Below, piece after piece: positions 47,720 to 60,448 of a DNA stretch of 64,000 nt (its first letter is position 1; each line of letters opens with the position of its first letter). The position numbers and the translations under genes are program-made. The notes beneath the pieces are model-generated. The model did no database searches and had not been told where the DNA came from. It was given only the letters and a program-made list of their open reading frames with translations. This stretch comes from Macrostomum lignano (lineage: Eukaryota): the NCBI GenBank assembly GCA_002269645.1, contig NIVC01002701.1, positions 84,834-148,833 on the forward strand, written 5' to 3'.

Positions 47720-48900
47720 TCATTGCGGAAGAACCTGGCCGTTGCATCCAAACAGCGTAGATTTTTTTCCACACCCTCAATCCGAAATTGGGAGACGTTG
47801 AAGCACAGCATTGGCTGCTTATCGTTCAGGCGGGGCACCATCAGGTGCGGGTTGTAGCAGCCGCAGCGCTCGTAGAAGATCCTCTGCGACAGCGCTTGAT
47901 GGCAAAGTCCGTAGCTCAGGTTATACACTCGGGTCTCGCGCAAGAAATAGTCATAGACAGGCATTGGCATCACGTCCTGTCGACAGTTGCTTTTCGCCTG
48001 AAGCATCTGGTGCCGTCGCTGTTCTAGAAACACGGTGGTCGCCACTCCCGGTGGTGTCTCAATCTGTCGGCCGTCCTCTGGCAGCGTGCCAGGCTTGTGA
48101 ATGAACACCCGGCCACCGTACTGATAATTAGACGAGTTGAATCTCAAATAGGACAAATAGTTGCCTTTGATAACGAATTGCAGCGAGTCGACTGCTTGCA
48201 GATTTCCTTGATTGGTGAGCTCGTTCAATCTCAGAGTGTGACAGGCGCACCGGAACCGCATCACAAAACTGCAGCTGTGGAATCCTTCATCTGCTTGGCC
48301 GCTCACAGTCAGCGGCAGCCAGTTGGAGTCGATGTTAACCTCACTCTGGATGAGCTCGTTGTGCAACTTGTAGGAGACGGCAGCCAACAAGCTGTTTGAC
48401 AGCGTGTCACTGAACACCGAGCTGTTCAGGGTGGACAGGGCAATAGATCTAACCAGCGTGTTCAACATCTCGTCCAGGATCCGTTCGCGTGAATCACCTT
48501 GAAGGAACGTTTCCAACGTGGCGGTAAGATTTTGCACTCGAGGATTCGACACCAAATCGTCGATGGCCTCCTGGAAGATGCTATACGTTCGGTTGTCGCC
48601 AAGGAAAACGGGTGTGTTGTCGCAGAAGGTCACATCGGGCCAGACAAAAACGTCTTTACTGGGATGGTGCGCGGTGAGCACAGGAAAGTGGAGGTAGCGA
48701 TTTGTGATCAACGACACGTTGGCGACGAATGCAGCTAGTCCGCCTAGGACGAGGGCTAGCCAGAAAATCTTCTCTAGGCGGCTAGGAGCTGACGCGGCAT
48801 GAGAGATTCCGTGGACAGTCGAGTGAGCAAACAGAGAGGCGAGATGAGCGCGCAGCTTCCCGCTGCCCGCGATGCCGCCGCTGTCGCCGCTGCTCCGCAT
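47720..48900 (-). CDS. DEG/ENaC (amiloride-sensitive sodium channel family), exon 1
   Basis: STVHG gating motif, TM1 IFWLALVLGGLAAF, WPDVTFC, Cys-rich CHQ..QR..YERCGC; GA|GTAAGT donor. Confidence 0.93.
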
Positions 48901-49448
48901 GACAACAACTGGTTGCTACTGGCTGTTGAGTCGCTTAGGTGCCGCGCGGAGGCGGAGTAGAGCATTTGCAGTCTTAACAGCAGGGAAGCGGAAGTCAGCG
49001 CATGTCTTCAACTAACTAGCTGACTGGGGCAGCTCACAAAAGCTCCCTCTCCAGATCCCGCCATCTATTCTCGTTGGTCAATTCCCTTTCGTCGAATAAG
49101 AAGACGAAAGCATTCGGGAAATGGGATATTGTCTACGTAAGACTTCCACAACGCAAACGATTATTAATTGCGCCTTTTCAAATATGAAGCAGCATAGTTT
49201 TTTTGCTAAAAGTAGACACTGTGTTTCGAAACTTTCATCTTCGAATGTCTGTATAACCGAGAGGTGGCTGCGTCAAAAACTGTTTATTAGTAACAGAGAT
49301 GCAGCGAGCTGTTTTTAGCCGTACAAAATTTCGATAGTGCTTTTAGCCTTTTGACTTACTTTGACTTAGCTGCAGGGCTGTCCCGGAGGGGACACAGCGG
49401 GAAGGCGCGAGCGCCCATTCCGCTAGTCCCTGAACGGCCGATGCGTCG

Positions 49449-52400
49449 CTATGGACGGAGGGTTGGCGCCGCCCAGGGAGGTCCCCCAGTGTCGCCAGCA
49501 GCTATAATGCTCTCTGGAAAGGAGAGTTCAGCCCTGCGGGTGGCCCGAAGGTAGCGCATGAGCTGATTAAAGTTTTCGGGTTTGCACGCTTCAGTAATAG
49601 ATGTGTGTGGCCCGAGGTAAGTGAGTCTGGCCCGCGTGAAGGCGGGACAGATGCTGACGAAATGCTCAGCGGTTTCGTCACCTGAGTTGCAGAAACTACA
49701 GGTGGCGTTGGTGGCGTTGCCCTGCAGGTACTGGTGCCTGGAGAAGCAGCCGTGACCAGAGAGGGTCATGGTGGCAGCCCGGATGTCTCTGCGCGAGAGG
49801 CGCAAGAGGAGCTTCCGGAGCTGGTGAGAGGGCTGAGGGACAGCGCCTCTGGATTGCCTGCAGTTCGTGCGGTTCGCCCAAGTCGAGCGGTGCTGAGTCC
49901 TGATCCACACTTTGATGCGCGAGTCGATGACACAGCCAGGAATCGGGACAAGAGGTTCGGGGCCGAGAGAGGAGCCGGAGGCACCAACTTTTGCAAGGGT
50001 GTCAGCCAACTCATTTCCTCGGATCCCCACATGCCCCGGAACCCACTTAAGGGTAATTTTGTTGGCGGAACCCAACACGTTGAGGAGTTTGATACAGTCG
50101 AGGACTGTAGCAGAGTTGGTGCTGCAGCCACTGATGGCGTGCAAGGCAGCTTGGCTGTCCGAATGAAAATGATGTTCTTACCAGTAACGCCAGTGGCGAG
50201 AAGCTCTGCAGTGCAGGAGCTGATGGCCAGAACTTCATTTTGGAAAACACTGGAGTTGACCCCAGTGTATTGAGCGTGGGTAGCGATGACCCTCCCGTTC
50301 AGAAAGATTCCAACACCAAAGCCGGTGTTGGCTGACTGCTTAGAACCGTCGGTGTAGCAATGAAGCTCACCAGGGTTCCAATGGTCATTGATGTTATCGC
50401 GCGGGTCGATAGCTACGGAGTAGCGCTGTCTCAGGTTGAGCGTTGAGGCAATGCCATCGGTGAAGACGCGATTGGCCTGACACTCGTTGAGAAAGTTGAG
50501 GCACAGATCGCTATGCGGGACAAGGTTCCGCTTAGCAGGTGCTCTCATGTAAATGAATTTGACGCCGGCATCAATTAGACGCCGCGTCGTTCTAGCCGCC
50601 TCACCCCTGATGAAGAGGTCAAGAGGCGGAAGATTAAGGAAGGCCCCCATGCCAGCAAAGGGCGTGGACCTGGTGGCGTTGCAGATGAGCCTACACGCTC
50701 TGCCTTGGATCGTGTTGAGCAGGTCTGCATGGCTTTTGACCTGGGTAGCGCTAACCCAGACAACAGAGGCGTACGTAATGGCAGGTCTAACTACGGAAGT
50801 ATAGATCCACCAAAGCCGCTTTGGGGATAGACCCCAAGAAGTGCCAAGTGCTCGTCGGAGCTGGGCCAGGATGGCTGAGGCACGCTTGGCTTTTGCTTTC
50901 ACGTGGGAGGACCAGTTGAGCCGGTGGTCAAGTATGACCCCGAGACATCTGGTCTGGTGCGCGAAGGCAATATCTCTGCCGTAGAGCTGCAGAGGACGTA
51001 TGTTCCAGCGTAGTCTGCTGGTAAACATAATGGCAACGGTTTTGGGCTCAGAGAGTTCCAGACCATTGTCATTGGCCCAGGATTCTGCTTTGCGGATAAA
51101 GCTCTGCATCAGATCCCTGAGCGTGCTGGGAGACGGTCCTGCCACAATGGCCGTGACGTCATCAGCATACCCGACTTTGAAGACGGGGTCGGGTCGGGAG
51201 TCACTCAAAAGAGCGTCCATGACCAGGTTCCAGAGCGTCGGGGTGAGGACTCCGCCTTGGGGTCCACCCTTACAGACTCTGGTGGAGGCAGTTTGCCCAA
51301 GAAGTTGGGCAGTGACCGTACGGTTGGAGATCATGTACATGATCCACCGTATGAGGGTAGCATGAGCTTTGCGATTTTGAAGGGCCCTCTGAAACGCTTC
51401 AAAGATAACGTTGTCGAAGGCGCCAACAATGTCAAGAAAGAGAGCCAGAGCGTAACCGTCACCCAGTACCGCCCTTTCAATCTTCTCGACAATCGCATGC
51501 AGGGCGCTGTCAGTCGACCTCCCGGTACGGAAGGCGTGCTGATTATTGCTGAGGGGCATCGCTGTCAGCTCGCAGGACAGCAGCCGCCAGAGAATAAGCC
51601 TCTCAGTGAGCTTAAGCATCGCTGACGTTAAGCTAATAGGCCGGAAGGCCTTGACGCTTTGGTAGTCACCCTTCCCAGGTTTGGGAATAAAGACTACCCG
51701 AGCTTCAGTCCAGCATTTGGGAACGTATCCCAGCTGGATAGAGGCCCGCATAAGATTGCGGGTGAGTCTCAGGAACGAGGGTATCTTGGCTGCTTCACGA
51801 AGGAGAACAGGGTAGATACCATCAGGTCCAGGAGATTTGAAGGGTTTGAAGGTTCTGACCGCACGAGCGATTAGGTCTTCAGTGACAATGCCCGCCGCTA
51901 GGGTGGCTCCATCCATCGAATGGTTGGGCTCCGGTCTAGCAGTAGGTACCCTCGGGAAGAATGTGCTAAGCATATGCTGAAGCACTTCTTCAGGGTCTTT
52001 AGTAAGAGAGCCATCATCTTTTTTGATCATGGCTAATTTGGACATTTTGTCCATTGTAAGGGCCTTGACAAGCCTGGAAGTAGGTCTGTCTTGATCCAAT
52101 TCATTGCAGAATTGGCGCCACTTACATTCCTTGGCCTTGCGCACTTCAGATTTGAAATTGCGGGAGGCTTGCCGGAAAAGCTCCATGTCCTCCGGGTTTC
52201 CGGTCTTCATGGCACGGCGATGAAGGCTTTTGGCCTTCCGCCTGAGTTTCCCCAGCTCCGGGTTCCACCACGGCGCCGAGGTCTTGCCTTTGTAGGCGCG
52301 AGCAGGACAAGCCGCTACGTAGGCTGCAATAATGCAACCTGTCAGCGTCTCAGCCATATGATCCACATCCTCGCAGGTCTCAATCGGACGTAAGTCCGTG

Positions 52401-53187
52401 AGTTCCTGCAGGTGCAGATCAAGGGCAGCCTTGTAGGCCGCCCAATCAGTGTTGCGGATATTGCGCCTCCAAGTGATCGGAGACTGGGTTTTAGTGTCCG
52501 CGATGTTAAAGGCGATAAAGCAGTGGTCAGACAGGGAGGGCTCCTCAGACCAGACTCTCCACTCCTCAACTCTGTAAAAGAGTCTTGGGGTAACGAGTGT
52601 GGCGTCGAGGACCTCGGTCCATCTGCCATTATTAAAGGTAGGAGTGCTGCCGCGGTTGCAGAGCATGAGGTTTGTGTTAGAGATGAGGGCCAGAAGCTCC
52701 TCTCCTCTAGTGTTGGTATCTTTGCTGCCCCAGTGCTTGTGGTGCGCGTTGAGGTCGCCCCCTAAGCACAGCTCAGCGTTCTGGGACTCGCAGTACTGCG
52801 CGAGGCGCAGTAAACTCTCAGGAGCAGGGTCTCTGTCGCCTGGGATTAAACCGAGGCAACAAGACACGTACGCGGAGAGAAATGATTAGATTGGATGACG
52901 CAAAGGTCTCCATCAGAGAGATCAGTCCTCAGCCAAGCCTGGAGATGGCTAGCAGCGAGGATAGCCGCTCTAGGGCGGCTGTTCCCCGGGCCACACACAT
53001 AAAAATCAGAGTAGCCAGAGGGAATGTTGGGCAACTTACCGTTGCGCATCCAGGGTTCCTGGATCAGGATGAGGCCTGGCCTGTACAGCTCAGCAATCTT
53101 CATCAGATTTACTGACGCAGATACGCAATGCTGTAAATTAATTTGCAGACAGAATGTCGCTCCTTTGGCAGCGTGGAGCTTATTCAT
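49449..53187 (-). pseudogene. LINE ORF2: AP endonuclease, RT, RNase H, CCHC; frameshifts near 52860 and 50160
   Basis: LQINLQH...LIQEPW, GGDLNAHH, SDH, PGPDG, FRPISL, LDIVGAFD, PQGGVLTP, YADD, YTDGSK, WVPGHVGIRGNELADTLAK, CSFC...ETAEHFVSIC. Confidence 0.93.
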
Positions 53188-53199
53188 ACTGTATTAAAT

Positions 53200-54707
53200 G
53201 CAATTTCTGGCTAGAGCCCAGGGCCATCAAGGAGACTTGGACAACAGATCGTCCTCGTCCCAGGCCGCTGGGGCTTGACTGGGAGATGGGAGTTGGTCGA
53301 CGTCCATGGCCTCCTCACCCCCACCGGCCCCCCAGCAGAGTCCTCAGGCTCCGATGACAGGATGGAGGAAGCTTCCTCACCTGCATCTTTACCTTCAGAC
53401 CCCACCAGGGTGGCTGAGGAGAGCTCGGATTCCGAAGACCCGGCCTCGTCCTCAACTCCTTCTCCGACTGGCAGGTTTGGTTCCCGGGCTTGCCGGAGCC
53501 GTTACCGCGGTCGCCGAACTGCTGCTAGCAGAGGGGCGAGATGCAGCTTTGGCTTTGGGATCGGCTTGCGCCTTTCCTTGGGCCTTAGACTGCGCCCCGC
53601 TCTTGCCGGAGATGCCGGGGTTGGCAGTAGCCTTCCCTTTGGCAGACTTTCCTCGGCGCATCTTGAGCTTGAGGGCACCCAGCTGGAAAGAGGATCCATT
53701 AGGGTACCGACTCGCCCAAGTGCTGGAAAGGCCGAGGACAATTGAGTTGCCCGTCTCCCCCCTGCGGACTTTACGGTGATACACCAGTCCACTAGCAGGG
53801 AGGTCGGGGTTCAGACGCAGTAGGACCCGGCGAATAACGTCTGGTCCAGCTGCGGTGCTCTTAGCAGGGACGAAAACCACATAGGGTATCGTCTTTGGAC
53901 GCTGGCCCTCGCGAAGAAAAAGAGCTCCGCCAAGGTCAGCATCCAAGGAGACCGTCGGTAGCCGCTGGAGCAGCTGCCGAGCGTCCTCCTCGCTGCTAGG
54001 AGCAATAAGAACGAATGTGCTTCGCAGCACCATCCGCTCAATGCCGATGGAGATTCCCTCCTCGACAGTCAGCTCAATCAGATAGGAGTCAACAGCACTC
54101 CACACTTTTTGAAGCTGATCAGTGGTCCAGTCCTGGTCGCGACCTTGGATGATCACTCCCGGGATTTTGGCCTTGGCCTTCGCCGCAAAGGTAGCTCCCG
54201 AAGGAACCTCCTTGTTGGCAGTGGCCATTTGTTGCGCCGTGGTTTCGGCCTCAGCAGCCGCAGCAGCATCTCCAGGGAGCGCCGCCGCTGAACTACGGAG
54301 CTTCCACCGGCCGGCCCGTCTGGTTGCCTTGGGACGCCAGTCGCTTCAGCATCCATGGTGGACGCCGCCGCTTTGGCCCCCGCAGCTCCCTTCTTGGCCT
54401 GCCTTTTGGCGCGTTGTTTAGCGCGTTTGCGCTCAAGCCGAGCCGCTGAGCTTCATCGGATCTGCCAGATTTGGCCGGTCCTTTAGGCTCAGAGCTCGCG
54501 GTTCCCTTAGATCCACCAGCGGAGCTGGCAGGTCTTTGGGTATTTGAGTTTGGTAGCTCTGGTCGGATCTGCCAGCAGAGCCAGCCGGTCCTTCCTTTGC
54601 CACAGTTGAATCAGTCGGTTGGGATCTGCCAGCAGGGCCGGCCGGTCCTTCGGACTGAGGTTGGGGTTTAGAAGGGTCCCCGTCCCTAGAATTAGTTTGT
54701 TATCCAT
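53200..54707 (-). pseudogene. LINE ORF1 (basic N-terminus, RRM/DUF4780-like core), frameshifted
   Basis: 258-aa core ORF 53452-54228 upstream of ORF2; first ATG at 54707; no zinc knuckle visible. Confidence 0.7.
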
Positions 54708-55574
54708 AGGCGCTCGAAGGCCATGATAAAAGGTTGGTGGGCTACCCTCAAAGGGGCGCGGTACCCACCCGGCCGCTCCACCTGACCGGGCAGTAGGCCA
54801 ATAGCACCCTCAAGGCTGGCCCGACACCAGGAGGGGGACCGCTTGCGACCGGACTACTCCCCGGCCTTCCAGCCCATCGGCACGGTCAACACCTTAGGCA
54901 TTAGAGAGTACGTTGAGCAGTACCACGGCCTGCAGGTTGGCGAGCCAGACCCGCATACCCAAATTCGGCCGAAGCCACTGGATAGGGTCGCCAGCGCCGG
55001 AGCCCAGTCTGTCCAGCAGCCCTAGGGACTGCCTTGAACACACGCGGGGACGAGTACCCTGGGTCGACTTGCGAGACAGCGTGGGGGGGGGGTCTGCGGC
55101 TGCCAGAGGCAAATAGAGGGTGCAGACCTCCCACCAGCCTTGACCTGCTGAAGATAGGGGCAGGCGTGAAGCATCGCAGACCTTAGCCCATGGGCCTAGT
55201 CTGTCTCATACTTCACTGGCATGCTGAATACGCCTTCGCGTGCATTTTTTGTAAAGTAGTTAACAATAGTGCAAACTTTTAGAGTCGGGATGCAATTCAC
55301 GCGGTTAGAACTCACACATGTAGTTCACAAGACTTTGTTAGTTTCTTCAGGTAAATCTTTTTGCGTTTTTATTTTCTATAATTTGCTTTTTAGACTTTCA
55401 AATGCTCTTTCGTAAAAAATCAGGCAAAACTCAGGTTTGAAACATTTCAGCTTTTCTTTGGCTTGAATACATGGATAGGTTATGTTTCGTTCAAAAAGTC
55501 AAGAAGCATCTTTCCTACAGCCGGTGCGTCACACTGAACGGCCGTGCAGATGCGACAATTCAATACGCTGTCTG

Positions 55575-55783
<209 letters not shown>

Positions 55784-56139
55784 ACACTAAGACAGACAGA
55801 CAGACAGGACAAGGGCCAAAGTACAGCAATCTGTGGCGCGCCGAAAGAAGCCGTGGAAAAAGCAGAATACAGAGTGAGCTTTGTCTTCCAAAAAAATGCT
55901 GTCAAAGAATCGAGAGAGATTATTGAGGCTTACAATGTAGAGCGAGGGAGTTTGGCAGGCATTCGCGGACGACCTCGCGAAGTCGAGATATTATCCTCTA
56001 TTTAATTCCGATTATTAAGCTGCAAGGCCTAAAAAAAGAAGAGAAACAAAAATCGCACATTGGCTAACTTTTGCTATGGATGGACTCAGTGGTCAATAAT
56101 GAAGTTGTTAGCTGCCGCCTGTGAAGCGGCTCATTCTCT

Positions 56140-56370
56140 CCTGAAAGGAAAATGAGAAAAGGGGAGAGAAAGGATGAGTGAGAAGAGACATGAGAGAGAG
56201 GAAGGATGAGAGGGGAGATAGAAGAGAAAAGAGGGAGGGGAGTAGAGAGAGGACAGGAGAGAGGAGGCTGGAGAGGGCAGGAGAGAGGAGGGGAGAGAGG
56301 AGAGGGGGAGAGGGCAGGAGAGAGGAGGGGAGAGAGGAGAGGGGGAGAGGGCAGGAGAGAGAGGAGAGGG
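56140..56370. repeat. Purine-rich (GA) low-complexity tract
   Basis: Directly visible. Confidence 0.85.
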
Positions 56371-56489
56371 TAGTAAAATGCGAGCCGCAAAATATTTTAA
56401 TTCAAACGAAACCGCAATGTAACTCGTACAAAATTGAATCTTAACAAATTAAAGGACACGAACACAGACTTAAAACTGGGCCACATAGA

Positions 56490-58560
56490 AATCAGGCGGC
56501 CTTCGGTCCCTCCCAGACCGGGAGCCTCCGGCTCCTTGAAGAGAGCTCCTCCCAGTTCTGCCGCAGGTCACCGTCGCCGTCCAGGCTCTCCGGGCTGTCG
56601 GGAGGCGAAGTCGGCACAGGCGGCGGGTCCGCCAGCTGCGGCCGCCGCAGGGTGAAGGCCTTCAGGCGGTCGTGGTGCACCACGAGCTCGGCCGCCGCCC
56701 GGTGCGCTTGGAGATGCGGTAGGTGACAGGCCCCAGCTTCTCCAGGACTCTGTAGGGTCCCAGCCACCGCTGCCGCAGCGCCTTGCTCTGGCCCTTCCGC
56801 ATCGCCGTGTTGCTGAGCAGCACCAGCTGGCCCACCCGAAGCGGTGCGAAGTTGGCGCGCTTGTCGTACTGCCGCTTCCTTGATGACCGGGGCTCGTGCA
56901 CCAGCTGCAGACCGGGCCGGGCGTCGGCCAACTCGTCGGCCCACCCTGCTGCTCTCCAGTGGTGGGCAAGCTGAGCTCCATCGGTATCCGGGGGTCGCGA
57001 CCGTGCAGCACTGCGTACGGCGACAGCTTGGTGGTGCTGTGGACGGACGAGTTGTACGCCCAGATGACGAACGGCAGGTAGTGCGCCCACCGATCTTGCT
57101 GCTCCGTGCAGTAGGCGGCCAGAATGTCACCGAGCCTACGGTTGAACCGCTGGATTGCCGCTCGGGTGTAACGGTGTAGTCCTGGTCTTGCGAATGTCCA
57201 GCACGAGGCACAACTCGCGGAAAACCTCGCTCTCGAACTGGCCGCCTTGGTCGGAGTGGATGACCTCCGGTGACTCATGCCGGAGAATGACGCTTAGCAG
57301 CATCGCCTGGGCCACCATCTTTGCTGACTGGGACCGTCTCGACCCACTTGGAAAACACATCGGTGAAGCAGATGATGTACTTAAGGCCGGTATCGGTGGC
57401 TGGCAGGGGCCCCTTGATGTCCACCTGCACGATCCACCAGGGCAGTGACGGCACCGAGTTGCACTACAGCGGCGCCCGCTGATGCTGATGAGGTACCTTG
57501 CGACTCTGGCAGTTCTCGCAGCTGCCCACCCAGTACTGCACGTCCTCCTTGATGCTCGGCCACCAGCCCTTGCCGCTGATCCTTGCCAGAGTTCTTGTCC
57601 CTCAACGGCCAGCGGTTGGCTTGCGCCAAGTGGGAAAACCCTTGTGCTGCAGGGCTCGATCCTGGTGCCCGGGTTGCTGATCCGCCTGAAGGTGCACAGG
57701 TCGAGCACGTTGCAGCTCCCTCCGCTGTCGATGAGCGCCCTGACTGCATGGCCGTTGATGCTGATGACGAACTTTGCGCTCCCGTTCTTGTCTTCCAGCG
57801 TGCAGAACACTTCCTCGTATAACTGGTCGGTCGGCTCGTCGAGTCGTGGCCAAGTGCGTTGATGCGCGAACGGCTACTGAGACAAGCCTTAGTGAGGTGG
57901 TTCATCTTGCAACAGCTATCGCACTTCTTGCCCTGGGCCTTGTTGCAGCTTCTGTGTCCAGACTCTCCGCAGCGGATGCATTTGCTGTTGGTCTTTGGCG
58001 GCTCGCGGGCTGACCCACCTGGCTGGCGGCGGCGCAGCATGTTGACGTCTTCGGAGGTGGCAGCGCTTTTCGACATGATGGCGGCTTGCTTTTCGGCCGC
58101 CTCATGAGTTCTGGCCAGCTGTAGAGTGTCTGCGAGGCTGATGTTTTGCACGTTTAAGAGTCGCTTCCTGAGGGCATCGCTGCGGCAACAGGCCACAATT
58201 TGATATCGGATCAGTGACTGCTGCAGGTCTCCAAACTGGCACGCTTCTGATGCGCTCCACAGTCTGCTGTACCATGATTCGATCTGTTCGCCATCATCTT
58301 GAAGGCAATTCCGGAATTGGTATCTGATGAAGACGACATTGTCGCGGCCTTTAAACTGTTTGTTGAAAGTCTCGATAAGTGTTGCAATGTTTGCACTATA
58401 GCCTTCTGCGATAGTTTCGCTGTTTGCGATCTCTTTGTACATGTCGCTGATTTCCTTTCCGGCCGTGTAGAGCAGAATTCCCACTTTTGGGCCTCATTGG
58501 TGATGCCGCTGGCCGCCAGGTAGCGCTGTAGGTTGTCAGCCCATTCTTGCAAACGATTGC
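56490..58560 (-). mobile_element. Degenerate chimeric Gypsy relic: Mag-type gag and protease joined directly to an integrase; RT/RH absent
   Basis: gag (RYQFRNCLQDDGEQIESWYSRL, CIRCGESGH), PR (LIDSGGS), then RTLARI..WWPSIKEDV..C..C, VDIKGPLP, IHSDQGGQFES, WLGPYRV. Confidence 0.85.
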
Positions 58561-59494
58561 TGACTGTGTGTGGCTATGGCAAAAAGAGACCGGAGTGCAG
58601 TGCTGAGACGAAATATGAAGCCTGCTAGGTGGGCCGATCGATATTTTTTTTCAGACGATAAATAATAATCACGCCGCCAGAGTGGGGGTAGTGAATCTCC
58701 GCACTTAAATTTCATGAATTGTACGTACTGTACGAAAGCCCGATGTACACACGAGCGTGAGCACTACAGACAGAAGAGAGGAGGGAGAGAGGACAGAGGA
58801 GAAAGCCATGAGTTGCTTATGAGGATTTTTAGTCCCACCTATGCTACATCGTTTCTTACCTCTAACCCCTGAACCAGGGTCTTTCCAAGCTTAGAAATGC
58901 GCAATAAGAATTATTCTGTGTCATTGAATTTTATTCCTACCTGCAGCGCATTAAAATGTTTTTGCGATGTGCCTGATAGTTCCCCATAAATAGGAATTCT
59001 AGTGTCTACAACTGCACAGAAAGCGTACATTCCATCCATACGTTTTTTCTGAAGCGAATGTTAACTTTGATGCGAGCAGATGTAGTGTACGTAGAGGCTT
59101 GGTAATTCGAAGAGAAATATGGCAATCAATACTTAAAGTTTTTTTACGAATATTTTTAGTGAAATTTGCCTTCACCCTGGATCGTCCCCAAAAACTGCGT
59201 TTTGTATTATTGCTTTTTGCAGCCCATTCGGGCTTACGCGCATTGAATTTAATCCAAGATACGTTTGTCAAAGTAGCGGAGCTTTCGTGGAGCTTCATTG
59301 GCAAAGGCTGCAGAGGAGCATCATCATCCCCAGAATTGTTGACCCTATGCTAGGCTGTCGAGCGAATGCCATTGGCTTGTGATCGAAGCGCTGGACATTG
59401 CAAGGTTGCAAGATTGCGTTGAAACCACTGCCGGCAGATATCACTTGCTAAAGGGTAGCAATCGTCAAGGCAAGTTGCTCGAGAGCCTCAGATC

Positions 59495-59852
59495 CATGGA
59501 TGAAGGAATAGAAAGGATCGCTCATCTGAAAGCGAGTCTACGGCCAAGACTTCTTTAAAATTGGGATATTCCCCCCATGAATTTCATTGGCTGCTGGAAT
59601 TTAATAATAGTCCCCCCTAAGTTCTTACTGGCTGCAGCTTGTACGCGGGGGAAATTCCAAAGTCACGATTAACGTTAGACATCGTGAATTCCCCGCGTAC
59701 AAGCTTCAGCCAGTAAGAACTTAGGGGGACTACGAGTATTATTAAATTCAAGCAGCAAATGAAATTCATGGGGCGAAATATCTCAATTTTTAGGAAGTCT
59801 TGGCCCTAGACTCGCTTACAGATGAGCGATCCTTTCTATTCCTTCATCCATG
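59495..59852. mobile_element. Fold-back MITE (358 bp), probably P- or hAT-superfamily
   Basis: Whole element is an imperfect palindrome (CATGGATGAAGG...CCTTCATCCATG); 8-bp TSD CTCAGATC at 59487-59494 and 59853-59860. Confidence 0.92.
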
Positions 59853-60380
59853 CTCAGATCCAACTGCTACTCGATGCAGTTGAGACCATAGATCTTGTAT
59901 CTTATAGAATATAAGATCTATGGTTGAGACGAACCCTTTGTTGACGGTGCAGAAAATACAGCAGAAGTTGAAGGAACAGTTCCAGTTGGTTATCAAATTT
60001 CGGAAAAGCGACTGAAAATGGTTCGTAGAGACGCTGGTATTCCACCGGTACGCAACAACCCACAGAGGATTGCGAGAAGGCAGGAGTTTGCGAATGGCTC
60101 ACGATCAGCGTTTGGACTAAATTGATGCTTGTTGGACCAAATTAAATACCGCTTTGCCAGCCTTGCCACCATAGACAAAAGCTCCATTGCATTTATAGCA
60201 AAAACCTATCCTGGATTAAATTCATTCTTATTTGAGCCAGCGTGCGGGAATGAAGGCAGTCGTGCAGGAATGATACAATCCACGTAGGCTCAAGTGGGCG
60301 TCAAAAAGCTTATATTAATCGTCTCACAACCAGCGCTGAGCAATTCTGCCCTTTCCGCTGATTCCTGGGCGCATGTAAGC

Positions 60381-60448
60381 GCGCCAGGAATCGAACCAGG
60401 GTTGTGGCACGAGATTTAGACGCGTTTACCACTGAGCTGCTCCGCCCC
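60381..60448 (-). other. tRNA-like sequence (SINE head or tRNA pseudogene)
   Basis: A box AGCTCAGTGG and B box GGTTCGATTCC at tRNA spacing, but no complete cloverleaf. Confidence 0.6.

Larger units (their letters stand above)
49351..55240 (-). mobile_element. LOA/Lian-like non-LTR retrotransposon (ORF1; APE-RT-RNase H-CCHC ORF2), apparently full length
   Basis: Domain order below; short tandem tail (TAAGTCAAAG)x2 at the 3' end; ~500-nt structured 5' leader. Clade assignment is by motif resemblance. Confidence 0.9.

Noticed and set aside
58990-60200. Degenerate transposase-like coding remnant interrupted by the MITE
   Set aside because: Many stops in all frames and no recognisable motif.
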